From NCBI GenBank assembly GCA_963826225.1, contig CAWGWF010000001.1, positions 462,099 to 526,098 on the forward strand: a DNA stretch of 64,000 nucleotides, read 5' to 3'. A program made the translations under genes and the position numbers. Source of the stretch: an uncultured Chloroflexia bacterium. GTDB lineage: Bacteria > Chloroflexota > Limnocylindria > Limnocylindrales > CSP1-4. Numbering within the stretch: the stretch's first letter is position 1; every line of letters begins with the position of its first letter. The notes beneath the pieces are model-generated. The model worked only from the letters and a program-made list of their open reading frames with translations. It made no database searches and was not told where the DNA came from. This document shows positions 19,078 through 28,348 of this stretch, piece after piece.

Positions 19078-20799
19078 CTAGACCACCGGGATCGGGTCCT
19101 CGGCCAGCTCGTCGTACGCCTCGGCACCGACCGCGGCCTCGGCGGCGATCACGCCCGGCACCGTCTCGCGGGGCGCGTAGCCCTTGCGCAGCGGGATCTG
19201 GCGCATGAACAGGGTCACGACGACCAGCGCCGCCAGGGAGCTTCCCACGCCGACCAGGAACACCGAGTCGATCGCGAGGCTGAACGCCTGCTGGATCCCG
19301 AACACGATGTTCGGGATGAGCGGCTCCACCGTTGCCCGGAACGCCTCCGGCACGCCGGCCAGGATGCTGGCGCCCAGGTCCTCGCCCACCTTGATGAGGT
19401 CGGTCGCCCGGCCGTCCGCGTTCTGTGCCTGGAACTGGTCCACGAACTGCTGGGGCACGCCCGCGGCCGCGATCTGGACCGGGATCTCCTCGGCCAGCCT
19501 GGTGCCGAAGATCGTGCCCAGCGCGGCCAGCCCGACCGAGCCCCCGACCTGGCGGAAGAACGTGAGGTTCGAGGTGGCGACGCCGAGGTCGCGTACGGGG
19601 ACGGCGTTCTGGACGACGATCGTGAACACCGCCAGCGTGGGGCCGATGCCGATGCCCGTCACGAACATCCAGGACCACAGGACGGGCAGCTCCGTGTCCG
19701 CCCGCAGGTTCGACATCAGGAACAGGCCGACGGCCATGACGGCCAGGCCGGCCATGATGACCGGCTTGTACCGGCCGGTCCGCGACACGATGATGCCCGA
19801 GCCCACGGAGCTGATGATCACGCCGGCCAGCAGGGCCAGCGTGTACAGGCCGGACATGGTGGGGGACGCGCCCTGCACGAACTGGAACCACTGCGGCAGG
19901 AACACCGCCGCGCCGAAGAAGCCGACGCTGACCAGGAACGTGGCGACGATCGACGACGCGTACGTGCGCTCCTTCCACAGGCCGAGGGGCACGATCGGCT
20001 CCTTCGCCCGGGCCTCGATGACGACGAAGACCGCCCACAGCGCGAGGCCGATGAGGATCAGCCCGCCGACCTCGAACACGTCCCAGGGATTGTCCTGCTT
20101 GTTGGTGAGGCCGATCAGGAACGCACCGGTCGCGACCGTGAACACGGCGCCGCCGAGGTAGTCGAAGGCGTGCGAGGCATCCGGCCGCTTGACGGTGGGC
20201 AGCAGGCGGGCGATCACCGCCAGGGCCACGATGCCGATCGGGATGTTGACGTAGAAGATCCAGTGCCAGCTCGCGTTCTCGGTCAGCCAGCCGCCCAGGA
20301 GCGGACCGAGGATCGAGGCGATGCCGAACACGGCCCCGAACAGGCCCTGGTACTTGCCGCGCTCGGCGGGCGTGAACAGGTCGCCGATGACCGCCAGGCT
20401 GATCGGGAACAGGGCGCCGGCCCCCAGCCCCTGGATGCCCCGGAACGCGATCAGCTGGGTCATGTTCTGGGACAGGCCGGCCAGTGCCGAGCCCACCAGG
20501 AACAGCGTGATGCCGATCATCAGCAGCGGCTTGCGGCCGTAGAGGTCCGACAGCTTGCCGTAGAACGGCACGGTGATCGTGCTCGCCAGGAGGTAGATCG
20601 TGATCGTCCAGGTCAGCAGCGACTGGCCGCCGAGGTCGGTGACGATCGTGGGCAGCGCAACCGCGACGATCGTCTGGTCGAGCGCGCCCAGGAACAGCCC
20701 GAGCAGGACCGCGAACAGGATCTCCATCTTCGCCCGATGGGGCAGGTCCAGGGCGCCGAAGCCGTGCTCGGGCGCCTCGTCGAGGTGGGCGGTCTCCAA
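19078..20799 (-). CDS. MFS transporter, DHA2 (EmrB/QacA, 14-TMS) drug-efflux family
   Basis: 14 predicted TM helices, GKLSDLYGRKP motif A, and a long C-terminal extension. Confidence 0.88.
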   Translation of the reverse strand: METAHLDEAPEHGFGALDLPHRAKMEILFAVLLGLFLGALDQTIVAVALPTIVTDLGGQSLLTWTITIYLLASTITVPFYGKLSDLYGRKPLLMIGITLFLVGSALAGLSQNMTQLIAFRGIQGLGAGALFPISLAVIGDLFTPAERGKYQGLFGAVFGIASILGPLLGGWLTENASWHWIFYVNIPIGIVALAVIARLLPTVKRPDASHAFDYLGGAVFTVATGAFLIGLTNKQDNPWDVFEVGGLILIGLALWAVFVVIEARAKEPIVPLGLWKERTYASSIVATFLVSVGFFGAAVFLPQWFQFVQGASPTMSGLYTLALLAGVIISSVGSGIIVSRTGRYKPVIMAGLAVMAVGLFLMSNLRADTELPVLWSWMFVTGIGIGPTLAVFTIVVQNAVPVRDLGVATSNLTFFRQVGGSVGLAALGTIFGTRLAEEIPVQIAAAGVPQQFVDQFQAQNADGRATDLIKVGEDLGASILAGVPEAFRATVEPLIPNIVFGIQQAFSLAIDSVFLVGVGSSLAALVVVTLFMRQIPLRKGYAPRETVPGVIAAEAAVGAEAYDELAEDPIPVV

Positions 20800-20814
20800 C
20801 CGGGGGTCCTTTCG

Positions 20815-21351
20815 TCAGTCGCCGATGTGGCCGGCGTGTGGGGCGATGCCCTGCGAGGCGAGCTCCGCGCGAATGGCGGCGTCGAGGTCCGCGGCAGAGG
20901 CCGCGAGGAGGGCGAGCTGGTGGTCGGTCAGGCGCGCGAGCGCCGCGTCAACCACCTTGCTCTTGAGCAGCTCGGCGTCGTCCACGAGGTCGATGCCGGT
21001 TCGGGTCGGCCGAACGACGACGACGCGACGGTCGTCCGGCACGCGGACGCGTTCGACGAGCCCGCGCTCCTCCATCCGGTCGATGATCCCGGTGGCGCCC
21101 GACATCGAGGCGCCCATGGCCTCGGCCAGGCGGCCCATCGGCATCGCGTCGTGGTGGCGCAGGAGCGTCAGCACGTGGAAATGCGTCATGCTGACGCCCA
21201 GCTCCACGAGCCGCCGCGAACCCGCGCAACGCAGCGTGCCGAACGACCGCCCGAGGTCCGCCAGCGCGGCCCCGGCCGCGAGGTGCGGCTCCGAGTCGGG
21301 GCCGGCCGGGGGTTCGGCCGCCGGGGCGTCGGTGACGCTGGTAGTTCGCAT
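20815..21351 (-). CDS. MarR-family transcriptional regulator
   Basis: Winged-helix block HFHVLTLLRHHDAMPMGRLAEAMGASMSGATGIIDRMEERGLVERV, located immediately upstream of the DHA2 pump. Confidence 0.85.
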   Translation of the reverse strand: MRTTSVTDAPAAEPPAGPDSEPHLAAGAALADLGRSFGTLRCAGSRRLVELGVSMTHFHVLTLLRHHDAMPMGRLAEAMGASMSGATGIIDRMEERGLVERVRVPDDRRVVVVRPTRTGIDLVDDAELLKSKVVDAALARLTDHQLALLAASAADLDAAIRAELASQGIAPHAGHIGD

Positions 21352-21380
21352 AGCGTGAAGTATTTACACTACGTGAATAG

Positions 21381-22379
21381 TTGCGGTCAAGTGGAATGAC
21401 CGCCGGATCCGGAGGGATGGGCGTGCGGTTCGCGTTGATGATCGAGGCGCAGCAGGGCATGAGCTACGCGGAGCAGCTCGCGGTGGCCCGGCGCGCGGAG
21501 GACGCGGGCTTCGAGGCGATGTTCCGCTCCGACCACTACGAGAGCTTCCCCGGCGGATCCGACGAGCCGACGACGGACGCCTGGGCCGTGCTGGCGGGTC
21601 TCGCCCGGGACACGGAGCGGATCGGTCTCGGCGTGCTCGTGTCACCGGTCACGTTCCGGACCCCCGGCAACCTGGCCAAGGTCGCGATCACCGTGGACGA
21701 GATGAGCAGCGGCCGGATCGAGGTCGGCGTGGGTGCCGGCTGGCACGAGGCCGAGCACCGCCGGCACGGCTTCCCGTTCCCGGCCATCGGGGAGCGGGCG
21801 GAGCGGCTGGAGGAGACCCTGGAGATCCTGCACGGGCTGTGGGAGGGCCCGGACGGCTGGTCGTTCCAGGGCCGTCACTACGCGGTGGAGGACGCGCGGT
21901 TCCGCCCCCGGCCGGGCTCGTACCCGGGCCGGCAGGGCAGGCCCCGGATCCTCGTGGGCGGGTCGGGCTCGCCACGCAGCTACCGGATCGCGGCGCGCTA
22001 CGCGGACGAGTTCAACCTCTCCTCGGTGACTCCGGACGCGGCGGCGGGGAAGTACGCGGCGCTGGACGCCGCGCTCCGGGTGGCAGGCCGCGATCCATCG
22101 ACGTTGACGAAGTCGGCAATGGTGGGCGTGCTCATCGGGCGCGATCGAGCGGAGGTGCGCGCGCGGGAGGCGGCGCTGCTGGCGGGCATGGGACCCGGGG
22201 ACGCGGGCGAGGAGTGGCTCGATCCGCGCCGCGCGCGGTGGATCTTCGGCACGCCGGACGAGGCACGGGCCGCGGTCGCCCAGTACGCCGGCGCGGGCGT
22301 GGAGCGGATCATGCTCCAGACGTTCCTGCCCCGGGATCTCGCGATGATCGACCTTGCCGCGGAGGTCCTGTTCGGCTGA
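21381..22379 (+). CDS. LLM-class (luciferase-like) F420-dependent oxidoreductase
   Basis: FRSDHY, LGVLVSPVTFRTPGNLAKVAITVDEMSSGRIEVGVGAGW. The start may be at the second Met (21417). Confidence 0.8.
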   Translation: MRSSGMTAGSGGMGVRFALMIEAQQGMSYAEQLAVARRAEDAGFEAMFRSDHYESFPGGSDEPTTDAWAVLAGLARDTERIGLGVLVSPVTFRTPGNLAKVAITVDEMSSGRIEVGVGAGWHEAEHRRHGFPFPAIGERAERLEETLEILHGLWEGPDGWSFQGRHYAVEDARFRPRPGSYPGRQGRPRILVGGSGSPRSYRIAARYADEFNLSSVTPDAAAGKYAALDAALRVAGRDPSTLTKSAMVGVLIGRDRAEVRAREAALLAGMGPGDAGEEWLDPRRARWIFGTPDEARAAVAQYAGAGVERIMLQTFLPRDLAMIDLAAEVLFG

Positions 22380-22392
22380 CGCGCGACCGCCG

Positions 22393-23631
22393 TCAGGCCT
22401 CGGGCGCGTCGGCGAGGTCCGCCGCCCGGAGATAGACAGGGTCGTCGCGGCGGATCGGGTCCGGGTTCGTGCCCAGGGCGTGCGCAACCTCCAGGGTGAC
22501 CAGCTGGAGCGGTCCGGCCGCGCCCAGCAACGCCGCGATGGCGCCCGGCATCGCCGGCGCGTCCGGCACGACGATCCGGCCGGCCGGAGTCAAGTCCCCG
22601 GGAATCGCCGAGGCGGCCGCGGCACCCAGGATCGCGCCCGCGCGGATGCCGGTCTCGGACGCCGCCCGCAAGGCCTGTCGGGCCCGGCGGGTGCGTGCCT
22701 CGAGCCCGCCCCGCTCCAGGAGCACGAGGATCGCCGCCGTCCGGGCCCCGGTCGCGGGCAGGTGGCCGTGCAGGAACGTCTCGAGGTCTCGCGTGGTCGA
22801 GGGGACGTAGGCCGCCTCCTCCACCTTGAGCGCGAGCTCCCGGGCGGTCACGCGGTCGGCGCCGGACGCGATGACCAGCAGCTGTGAGGCACCGGCGACC
22901 AGCGATCCGATCGCGGCGTCGGGACGGACGCCACCCGCACCGGCCGCGTGCCCCGCCTCGATGCCCTCGGCCAGCCGCGAGGCGAGCCGGTCCGGGTCCG
23001 GGGACCCGTCGGCGAGGAGGCCGGCCGTCACGACGGCCGCGGCCATCGGCGACACGTAGCCCACGGTGTGGCACCAGCTGCGGTCCATCTCGACCGTCGC
23101 CAGGACGATGTCCGCGGTGGCCGCCGCCGGGGCGCCCGCGCTGGCGGTGATCAGCGCGGTACGAGCCCCGCGGGTCCGCGCCGCCTGCAGCGCGGCGATC
23201 GTCGCGGCCGTGCCGCCCTCGTGGCTGATCCCGATCACCAGGCCCCCCGCCGGCGGGTCCAGCGAGAGCTCGAAGGCCTGGACGGAGATGGGCCCAGTGC
23301 CGGGCAGACGGGCGGCGCGCCAGCCCTCGTGCAGGATCGCGGCGGCAGCCATGGCCGCGTGCTCGGACGTGCCGCAGCCGGTGACGATCACGGGTCCGCC
23401 GGCTCGTGCCGCCTCCGCGACCGCCCCGGCGAGTCGCGCCGCGGAGCCGTCGGCGAGCAGACGTCGGGCGATCCGCGCCGCGAGCGCGGGCTCCGCGGCG
23501 ATCATCTCGGCCATCGCCCACGGAGGCCCGTCGCGCAGGGCGGGCATCGGCAGGTAGTCCCACGGGTCAGGGGCGGCGGTCAGGGGTGCGTCGGCCTCGA
23601 AGCCGACGAGGGCGGCGCGCAGGTCATCCAT
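22393..23631 (-). CDS. SIS-domain sugar phosphate isomerase/aminotransferase-like protein (two SIS domains)
   Basis: VIVTGCGTSEHAAMAAA and LVIASGADRVTARELALKVEEAAYVP are SIS motifs. Start at the internal ATG (MDDLRAAL). Confidence 0.7.
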   Translation of the reverse strand: MDDLRAALVGFEADAPLTAAPDPWDYLPMPALRDGPPWAMAEMIAAEPALAARIARRLLADGSAARLAGAVAEAARAGGPVIVTGCGTSEHAAMAAAAILHEGWRAARLPGTGPISVQAFELSLDPPAGGLVIGISHEGGTAATIAALQAARTRGARTALITASAGAPAAATADIVLATVEMDRSWCHTVGYVSPMAAAVVTAGLLADGSPDPDRLASRLAEGIEAGHAAGAGGVRPDAAIGSLVAGASQLLVIASGADRVTARELALKVEEAAYVPSTTRDLETFLHGHLPATGARTAAILVLLERGGLEARTRRARQALRAASETGIRAGAILGAAAASAIPGDLTPAGRIVVPDAPAMPGAIAALLGAAGPLQLVTLEVAHALGTNPDPIRRDDPVYLRAADLADAPEA

Positions 23632-24118
23632 GCGATGCAGGGTAGGCGACCGGTCGGGTGCGCGCGAGCCGTCCCATCCGGCGCACCGGCCAGTACCGGA
23701 ACCAGGCACGCCCGACCAGCGCGTCAACCGGCACGGGCCCATAGCGGCGCGAGTCGATCGCCGCTCCGGCGCCGGCGGCCTCCAGCTCCGCGTCCGTCGC
23801 GTCGCCGGTCAGCCAGGCCTCGTCATCGCCCATCCGCAGCCGGCCGTCGCCGAACGGCACCCAGTCGCCGGGCCGGGCGACGACCCGCTTGATCGCCAGC
23901 AGGCCGGATACCGGCTCCCGGAACACGACCACCGACCCGCGTCGCGGCCAGCGCGCCGTCGTCGGGTCCACCAACAGCCAGTCACCGGGCTCGATCGTCG
24001 GCCGCATCGACCCGTCGACGACCGCGACCCGCCACGGCCCGCGCAGTCCCGCGCCCGGGCCGCCGGACCGGTTCGCGCCCCGGACGCGACGAGGCCCCGT
24101 CACGTGACGGGGCCCCAT
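23624..24118 (-). CDS. sodX: nickel-SOD maturation protease (S26 signal-peptidase-like)
   Basis: GSMRPTIEPGDWLLVD (catalytic Ser box) and IKRVVARPGDWV (Lys box). Immediately downstream of sodN on the same strand. Confidence 0.7.
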   Translation of the reverse strand: MGPRHVTGPRRVRGANRSGGPGAGLRGPWRVAVVDGSMRPTIEPGDWLLVDPTTARWPRRGSVVVFREPVSGLLAIKRVVARPGDWVPFGDGRLRMGDDEAWLTGDATDAELEAAGAGAAIDSRRYGPVPVDALVGRAWFRYWPVRRMGRLARTRPVAYPASHG

Positions 24119-24173
24119 CCGCAGGATCCGGGCGTCGAGGCGACGCTGTCTCGGATCATCGACGCGAGGATTC

Positions 24174-24602
24174 TCAGGCGCGGGCGGCGATCCGCGTCTT
24201 CTCCGGACCGCCGGTGGCCTTCCACGCCGCATCCACCTGGTCGATCAGGTCGAGGAGCTGCTGCGCGTCGTCCAGGCTGGTGGAGGCCTTGACCTTGGAC
24301 ACCTGCTTGGTGGCGCTCCAGAACAGCTCGTGCAGGTTGGGGACCGCCTCCAGGTGCTCGGGCTTGAAGTAGTCGTGCCACAGGGTGTCGAGGTGGTGCT
24401 TGACCAGGTCGGCCTGGCGCTCCTTGATCGCGATCGCGCGGGTGCGGAACGCCTCATCCTCGCTGGCGGCGTAGCGCTGGATGATGCGGTAGCAGGACTC
24501 GGCCTCGATGCGCGCCTGCTCCGGGTCGTACACGCCGCAGGGAAGGTCACAGTGGGCGTGGGCGACGGCCTTGGGGGCGAGGAACCGGGTGAGCAGCGAC
24601 AT
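24174..24602 (-). CDS. sodN: nickel-containing superoxide dismutase precursor
   Basis: The N-terminal pro-peptide MSLLTRFLAPKAVAHA is followed by the Ni-hook HCDLPCGVYDP. ATG chosen at 24602. Confidence 0.9.
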   Translation of the reverse strand: MSLLTRFLAPKAVAHAHCDLPCGVYDPEQARIEAESCYRIIQRYAASEDEAFRTRAIAIKERQADLVKHHLDTLWHDYFKPEHLEAVPNLHELFWSATKQVSKVKASTSLDDAQQLLDLIDQVDAAWKATGGPEKTRIAARA

Positions 24603-24789
24603 GGTTTGACCTCCGGGATCGATGGGCGGGCGCACCGCCGGGGACTGGGGCCGGGCGATGGCCCCGCCGCACCATGAGTGTCCCGTCGGCGCCCGGGCCT
24701 GTCAAACGCGCGCGTCGGGCTCGAGGGTTCCTGGGCCGTGGCTCCGATCGCCCAACCGGTCTCTTGGGTGCTCGTCCTACGATTGCCTC

Positions 24790-25710
24790 GTGGAACCAGC
24801 CGTCCGCCCGACCGCCGATCGCGACGACGAGCTCCTGTCGCTTGCGATCTACAACGAGGTGTGGCCCCGCAGCGCCGTCACGCTGGACGAAGTCGACTCG
24901 TTCAAACGCAGCACCCTCGCCTACGCAGACCACCTTGCGCAGCTCGGCGGCAGGACCGTCGGGTCGGGCTTCGTGGCGATCCAGCCACAACGGCCGGATG
25001 TCGCCTACACGGCCATCACCGTGCTGGCTGCGGACCGTCGTCGCGGGGCAGGTACGGCGCTCTACCGCCGCATCTCCACGTGGAGCGCCGAGCACGGCCT
25101 GGACGCCATCGAAGTGAGGCTGGAGGCGGACGATCGGCCCAGTCTCGAGTTTGCGAAGCGTCGCGGCTTCATCGAGATCGGGCATGACAGCCGCATGGTG
25201 CTCGAGCTGGCCGGGCTCGACCTTCCGCCCGCTGCCCCGCCCGCGGGGATCGAGATCGTCAGCTGGGCGGACCGCCCCGATCTCTCGCGGGGGATGTACG
25301 ACGTCGCGGTCGAGGCCTATGCGGACGTGCCGGGTGCCGAGTCCGAAGGGATGGTGCCCTTCGAGGACTGGCTCGCCCACGACATGCAGGGCTCGGGTGA
25401 CCTGCCGCAGGCGACCTTCGTCGCGCTGGCCGGCAGCGAGGTCGTCGGGTACGCGAAGTTGAGTCTCACCGCGGCGCAACCCACGACGGCATTCCACGAC
25501 ATGACCGGCGTGAAACGTGCTTGGCGCGGCCGGGGCGTGGCCGGAGCCCTCAAGCGCGCCGAGATCGCCTGGGCGCAGGGGCAGGGCTACGAGCGGCTCG
25601 TGACGAGCAACGAGCTCCGCAACGAGCCAATCCGCCGCTTGAACGCACGCCTGGGCTATCGAGAGGCGCCCGGCCACGTGCTCGCGCGCGGTCCGCTCTT
25701 CAGCGGCTGA
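24790..25710 (+). CDS. GNAT-family N-acetyltransferase (tandem GNAT domains)
   Basis: Two acetyl-CoA binding cores (RRRGAGTALY, RGRGVAGALKRA). GTG start at 24790 inferred. The upstream part of the track ORF is not coding-like. Confidence 0.7.
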   Translation: MEPAVRPTADRDDELLSLAIYNEVWPRSAVTLDEVDSFKRSTLAYADHLAQLGGRTVGSGFVAIQPQRPDVAYTAITVLAADRRRGAGTALYRRISTWSAEHGLDAIEVRLEADDRPSLEFAKRRGFIEIGHDSRMVLELAGLDLPPAAPPAGIEIVSWADRPDLSRGMYDVAVEAYADVPGAESEGMVPFEDWLAHDMQGSGDLPQATFVALAGSEVVGYAKLSLTAAQPTTAFHDMTGVKRAWRGRGVAGALKRAEIAWAQGQGYERLVTSNELRNEPIRRLNARLGYREAPGHVLARGPLFSG

Positions 25711-26015
25711 CCCCTGGGCCGGGTGGGACCGGGGGGAGCGCCTCGCCGACCGCGGCCCGGAGTCGTTCCGCAAGATCGCCGGCCTCCGGGGGGAACCTGA
25801 GCCCGGTCCAGTTCCCGGCCCTGGCGTCGCAGCTGGCGGGCGACGTCGGGACCTTCGTTCGCGAGCGGGCGAAGCTCGCAGGGGGACCGTTGACCGTGCC
25901 CGGGCCGTTGCCGCGCCGGATCCCGACGCGTACCATCCCCCCACGCCCTGCCGACACGGCCCCGGACGGCATCGCCGGTCGCGGTTCCGTCATCGGGCGG
26001 GGCGCTGCTGGTGAC

Positions 26016-26043
26016 CGCAGGTTCGATTCCTGCCCATCCCGCT
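26016..26043 (+). other. tRNA-like 3' fragment (T-arm GCAGG-TTCGATT-CCTGC plus 7-nt acceptor strand); no intact tRNA found
   Basis: Perfect 5-bp stem flanking the canonical GGTTCGATTCC T-loop. No matching 5' acceptor strand (GGGATGG), D-arm or anticodon arm could be built upstream. Confidence 0.3.
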
Positions 26044-26157
26044 CGTCGTGCCGGATCGGCGGAGACGCAGCGGGCCGGCGGCCCTGAAGGGCTTCGGGCC
26101 CTCCGCCGCCCGGCTCGTGGTCCGGCGCGGCGGGCTGCAGAGCATGAAGGACGCCCC

Positions 26158-26952
26158 GTGGACTGGCTGATCGCGCTCCTCGCCCTGGTGGCGATCCTCG
26201 TCCTCGTCGGGCTGGCCGTCCGAGCCGTCATCCGGGTCACGGTCGTCCACGACTACGAGCGGGGGCTCCGGTACCGGCAGGGAAGGCTGGCGGGCCTCGT
26301 GGACGCCGGGACGTACATCGGGATCCGCCCCCTCTCGGACGTCCGGGTGCTCGACGTGCGGCCGACGTTCGTGACCGTGGAGGGCCAGGAGGTGCTCACC
26401 GCGGACGGCGTGGCGGCGAAGCTCAGTCTCGCGGCCCGCTACGTCGTGGCGGACCCCGCGGCGGCGATCACACGGGACGCCGACTTCAGACGCTCGATGC
26501 ACGTGCTGCTCCAGCTGGCGCTGCGGGACGCGGTGTCCCGCCGGACGCTGGACGAGGTGCTGGCCGCGAGGCGGGACCTGGGACCGGAGCTGCGCGAGGC
26601 GTGCGCCGGTCAGCTGGCCGCGATCGGCGTGGAGCTGCTGGCCGTGGACGTGCGCGACGTGATGCTCCCGGGCGAGCTCAAGCGGGCCTTCGCCTCGGTG
26701 ATCGCCGCGCGCAAGGACGGCGAGGCGGCGCTCGAGCGGGCACGGGCCGAGACCGCGTCGCTGCGGGCCCTCGCCAACGCGGGCCGGATGCTGCACGACA
26801 ACCCGGGCCTGCTCCAGCTGCGGATTCTCCAGGAGCTGGGCGAGTCCTCGGGCAACACGGTGGTGTTCGGCGCGCCCGAGACGGGCCCGGCCGCCGGTGC
26901 GCCGGCAGCCGCGCCCCCGACTCGCCCCGGACGCGCCCGCACGTCCACCTGA
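26158..26952 (+). CDS. SPFH/band-7 (stomatin/prohibitin-like) membrane protein
   Basis: GTG start. N-terminal TM helix (DWLIALLALVAILVLVGLAV), then an SPFH core (ERGLRYRQGRLAGLVDAGTYIGIRPL ... AAKLSLAARYVV ... ARAETASLRALANAGRML). Confidence 0.8.
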   Translation: MDWLIALLALVAILVLVGLAVRAVIRVTVVHDYERGLRYRQGRLAGLVDAGTYIGIRPLSDVRVLDVRPTFVTVEGQEVLTADGVAAKLSLAARYVVADPAAAITRDADFRRSMHVLLQLALRDAVSRRTLDEVLAARRDLGPELREACAGQLAAIGVELLAVDVRDVMLPGELKRAFASVIAARKDGEAALERARAETASLRALANAGRMLHDNPGLLQLRILQELGESSGNTVVFGAPETGPAAGAPAAAPPTRPGRARTST

Positions 26953-27022
26953 GCCCGTCGCGATCCTCGCGCCGAACTCCGCGACCGGGAGCCGGTGGCG
27001 CCGGACGGGTATCATCCGCGCG

Positions 27023-28309
27023 ATGACCGAGCGAGGGTTCCCGATCGTCGACGGCGCCCCGGCCTGCCCGTTCGTCGCGTTCGAGGAGGACCGCGACGGC
27101 CGCGCCACGGCGCCCGATCACCGCCATCGCTGTTTCGCGGAGCCCCGCCCGGCGCCGCGCGCGCTGGCCCACCAGGAGGCGTACTGCCTCTCGTCGGCGT
27201 TCCCGGTCTGCCCCACGTTCCAGGACTGGGCCCGCCGGGAGGCCGCGATCGCACGCTCGGGCATGCCGGCGCCCTCCGAGGCCGACGAGGACGACGAGGC
27301 GCCGTCCGCCATCCCTCCGGTGCCGCCGCTCGACCTGCCCGACCGCAGCGCGCCGGCAGCGAGCACGCCGCCGCCCATCCCGCCGCGACGTCCGCAGTCC
27401 CGTGACTGGGCCGCGCCGCCGCCCTGGGCCGGCGACGGAGCGGTCGGTCCCGACGGTGCCCCGTACGGGGCTGCGGCCGCGTACGCCGCAGGCTCGGCGG
27501 CCGCTCGCCCGGCGAGCGAAGACGTTCTGCCGCCGGCATTCCTGGCGTCCAAGCCGGCCACGAGCCGGGACGACGACTGGGGCACGGCCTCCCGCGGCCT
27601 TGCCGGCAGCGCGGCGGATCGTCTCGCCGGCCCGGACCCCGACGCCGACGAGGCGTCGTACGCGGCGCGACCGTCGGCCGACGGGCCCGAGGACGATGCC
27701 GCCTGGGAGCCGCGGACGGACGCTGCCGGTCCCTCCACCCCGCCCCCGGCCGGTCGGGCGACGTCGCCTCCGGTTCCGGGCCGCCGCGCTCCGGATCGCC
27801 CGCCGGCCGCGGCGCCGCGTCGTGCCCCGGCGGGCCACCCGGACGACGAGCAGGCCGACCTGTTCGGTCCGGCGTTCGGGCGGCCGCACCGGTACGAGGC
27901 CTACCCGACGCTGCGGACCCGGGTCGGGCTGCCGCGGGTCTCCGGGCCCGCGATGGCGATCGTCGCGCTGGTGTTCGCAGGCGCGGCCCTGTTCTTCGTC
28001 GGCCCCATGCTGCTCGGGATCGGGGGCGACGACGAGGCCGCGCGCGCGACGCCGTCGCCGACGGTCGAGACCTCCGCGTCGCCGAGCCCCACGCTCGCGC
28101 CCGCGCCGACCCCGACGATCTACATCGTCGTCAAGGGCGACAAGCTCGCCAAGATCGCGGAGCGCAATGGCGTCACGCTGGAGGCGCTGCTGGCCGCCAA
28201 TCCGCAGATCAAGAACCCAAACCGGATCAAGGTGGGCGACGAGATCACGATCCCGGTGCCCGAGGTCGAGGAGGCGCCCGAGGAGGTCGTGGAGTCCACG
28301 GTTCCCTGA
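27023..28309 (+). CDS. LysM-domain protein with an N-terminal four-Cys motif, a Pro-rich disordered region and one TM helix
   Basis: N-terminus CPFVAFEE...HRHRCF...YCLSSAFPVCPTF, about 250 aa of P/A/D-rich low complexity, TM helix (AMAIVALVFAGAALFFVGPMLLGIG), and a C-terminal LysM (IYIVVKGDKLAKIAERNGVTLEALLAANPQIKNPNRIKVGDEITIP). Confidence 0.75.
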   Translation: MTERGFPIVDGAPACPFVAFEEDRDGRATAPDHRHRCFAEPRPAPRALAHQEAYCLSSAFPVCPTFQDWARREAAIARSGMPAPSEADEDDEAPSAIPPVPPLDLPDRSAPAASTPPPIPPRRPQSRDWAAPPPWAGDGAVGPDGAPYGAAAAYAAGSAAARPASEDVLPPAFLASKPATSRDDDWGTASRGLAGSAADRLAGPDPDADEASYAARPSADGPEDDAAWEPRTDAAGPSTPPPAGRATSPPVPGRRAPDRPPAAAPRRAPAGHPDDEQADLFGPAFGRPHRYEAYPTLRTRVGLPRVSGPAMAIVALVFAGAALFFVGPMLLGIGGDDEAARATPSPTVETSASPSPTLAPAPTPTIYIVVKGDKLAKIAERNGVTLEALLAANPQIKNPNRIKVGDEITIPVPEVEEAPEEVVESTVP

Positions 28310-28348
28310 CCCGAGCGCGGGGCGCCGGGCGCGCCCGCCGGGGCGCCT

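Noticed and set aside
25711-26157. Possible tmRNA or complete tRNA around the T-arm at 26016-26043
   Set aside because: No complementary 5' acceptor strand, D-arm, anticodon arm or tmRNA 5' pseudoknot or tag ORF could be found within 400 nt. Kept only as a tRNA-like fragment.
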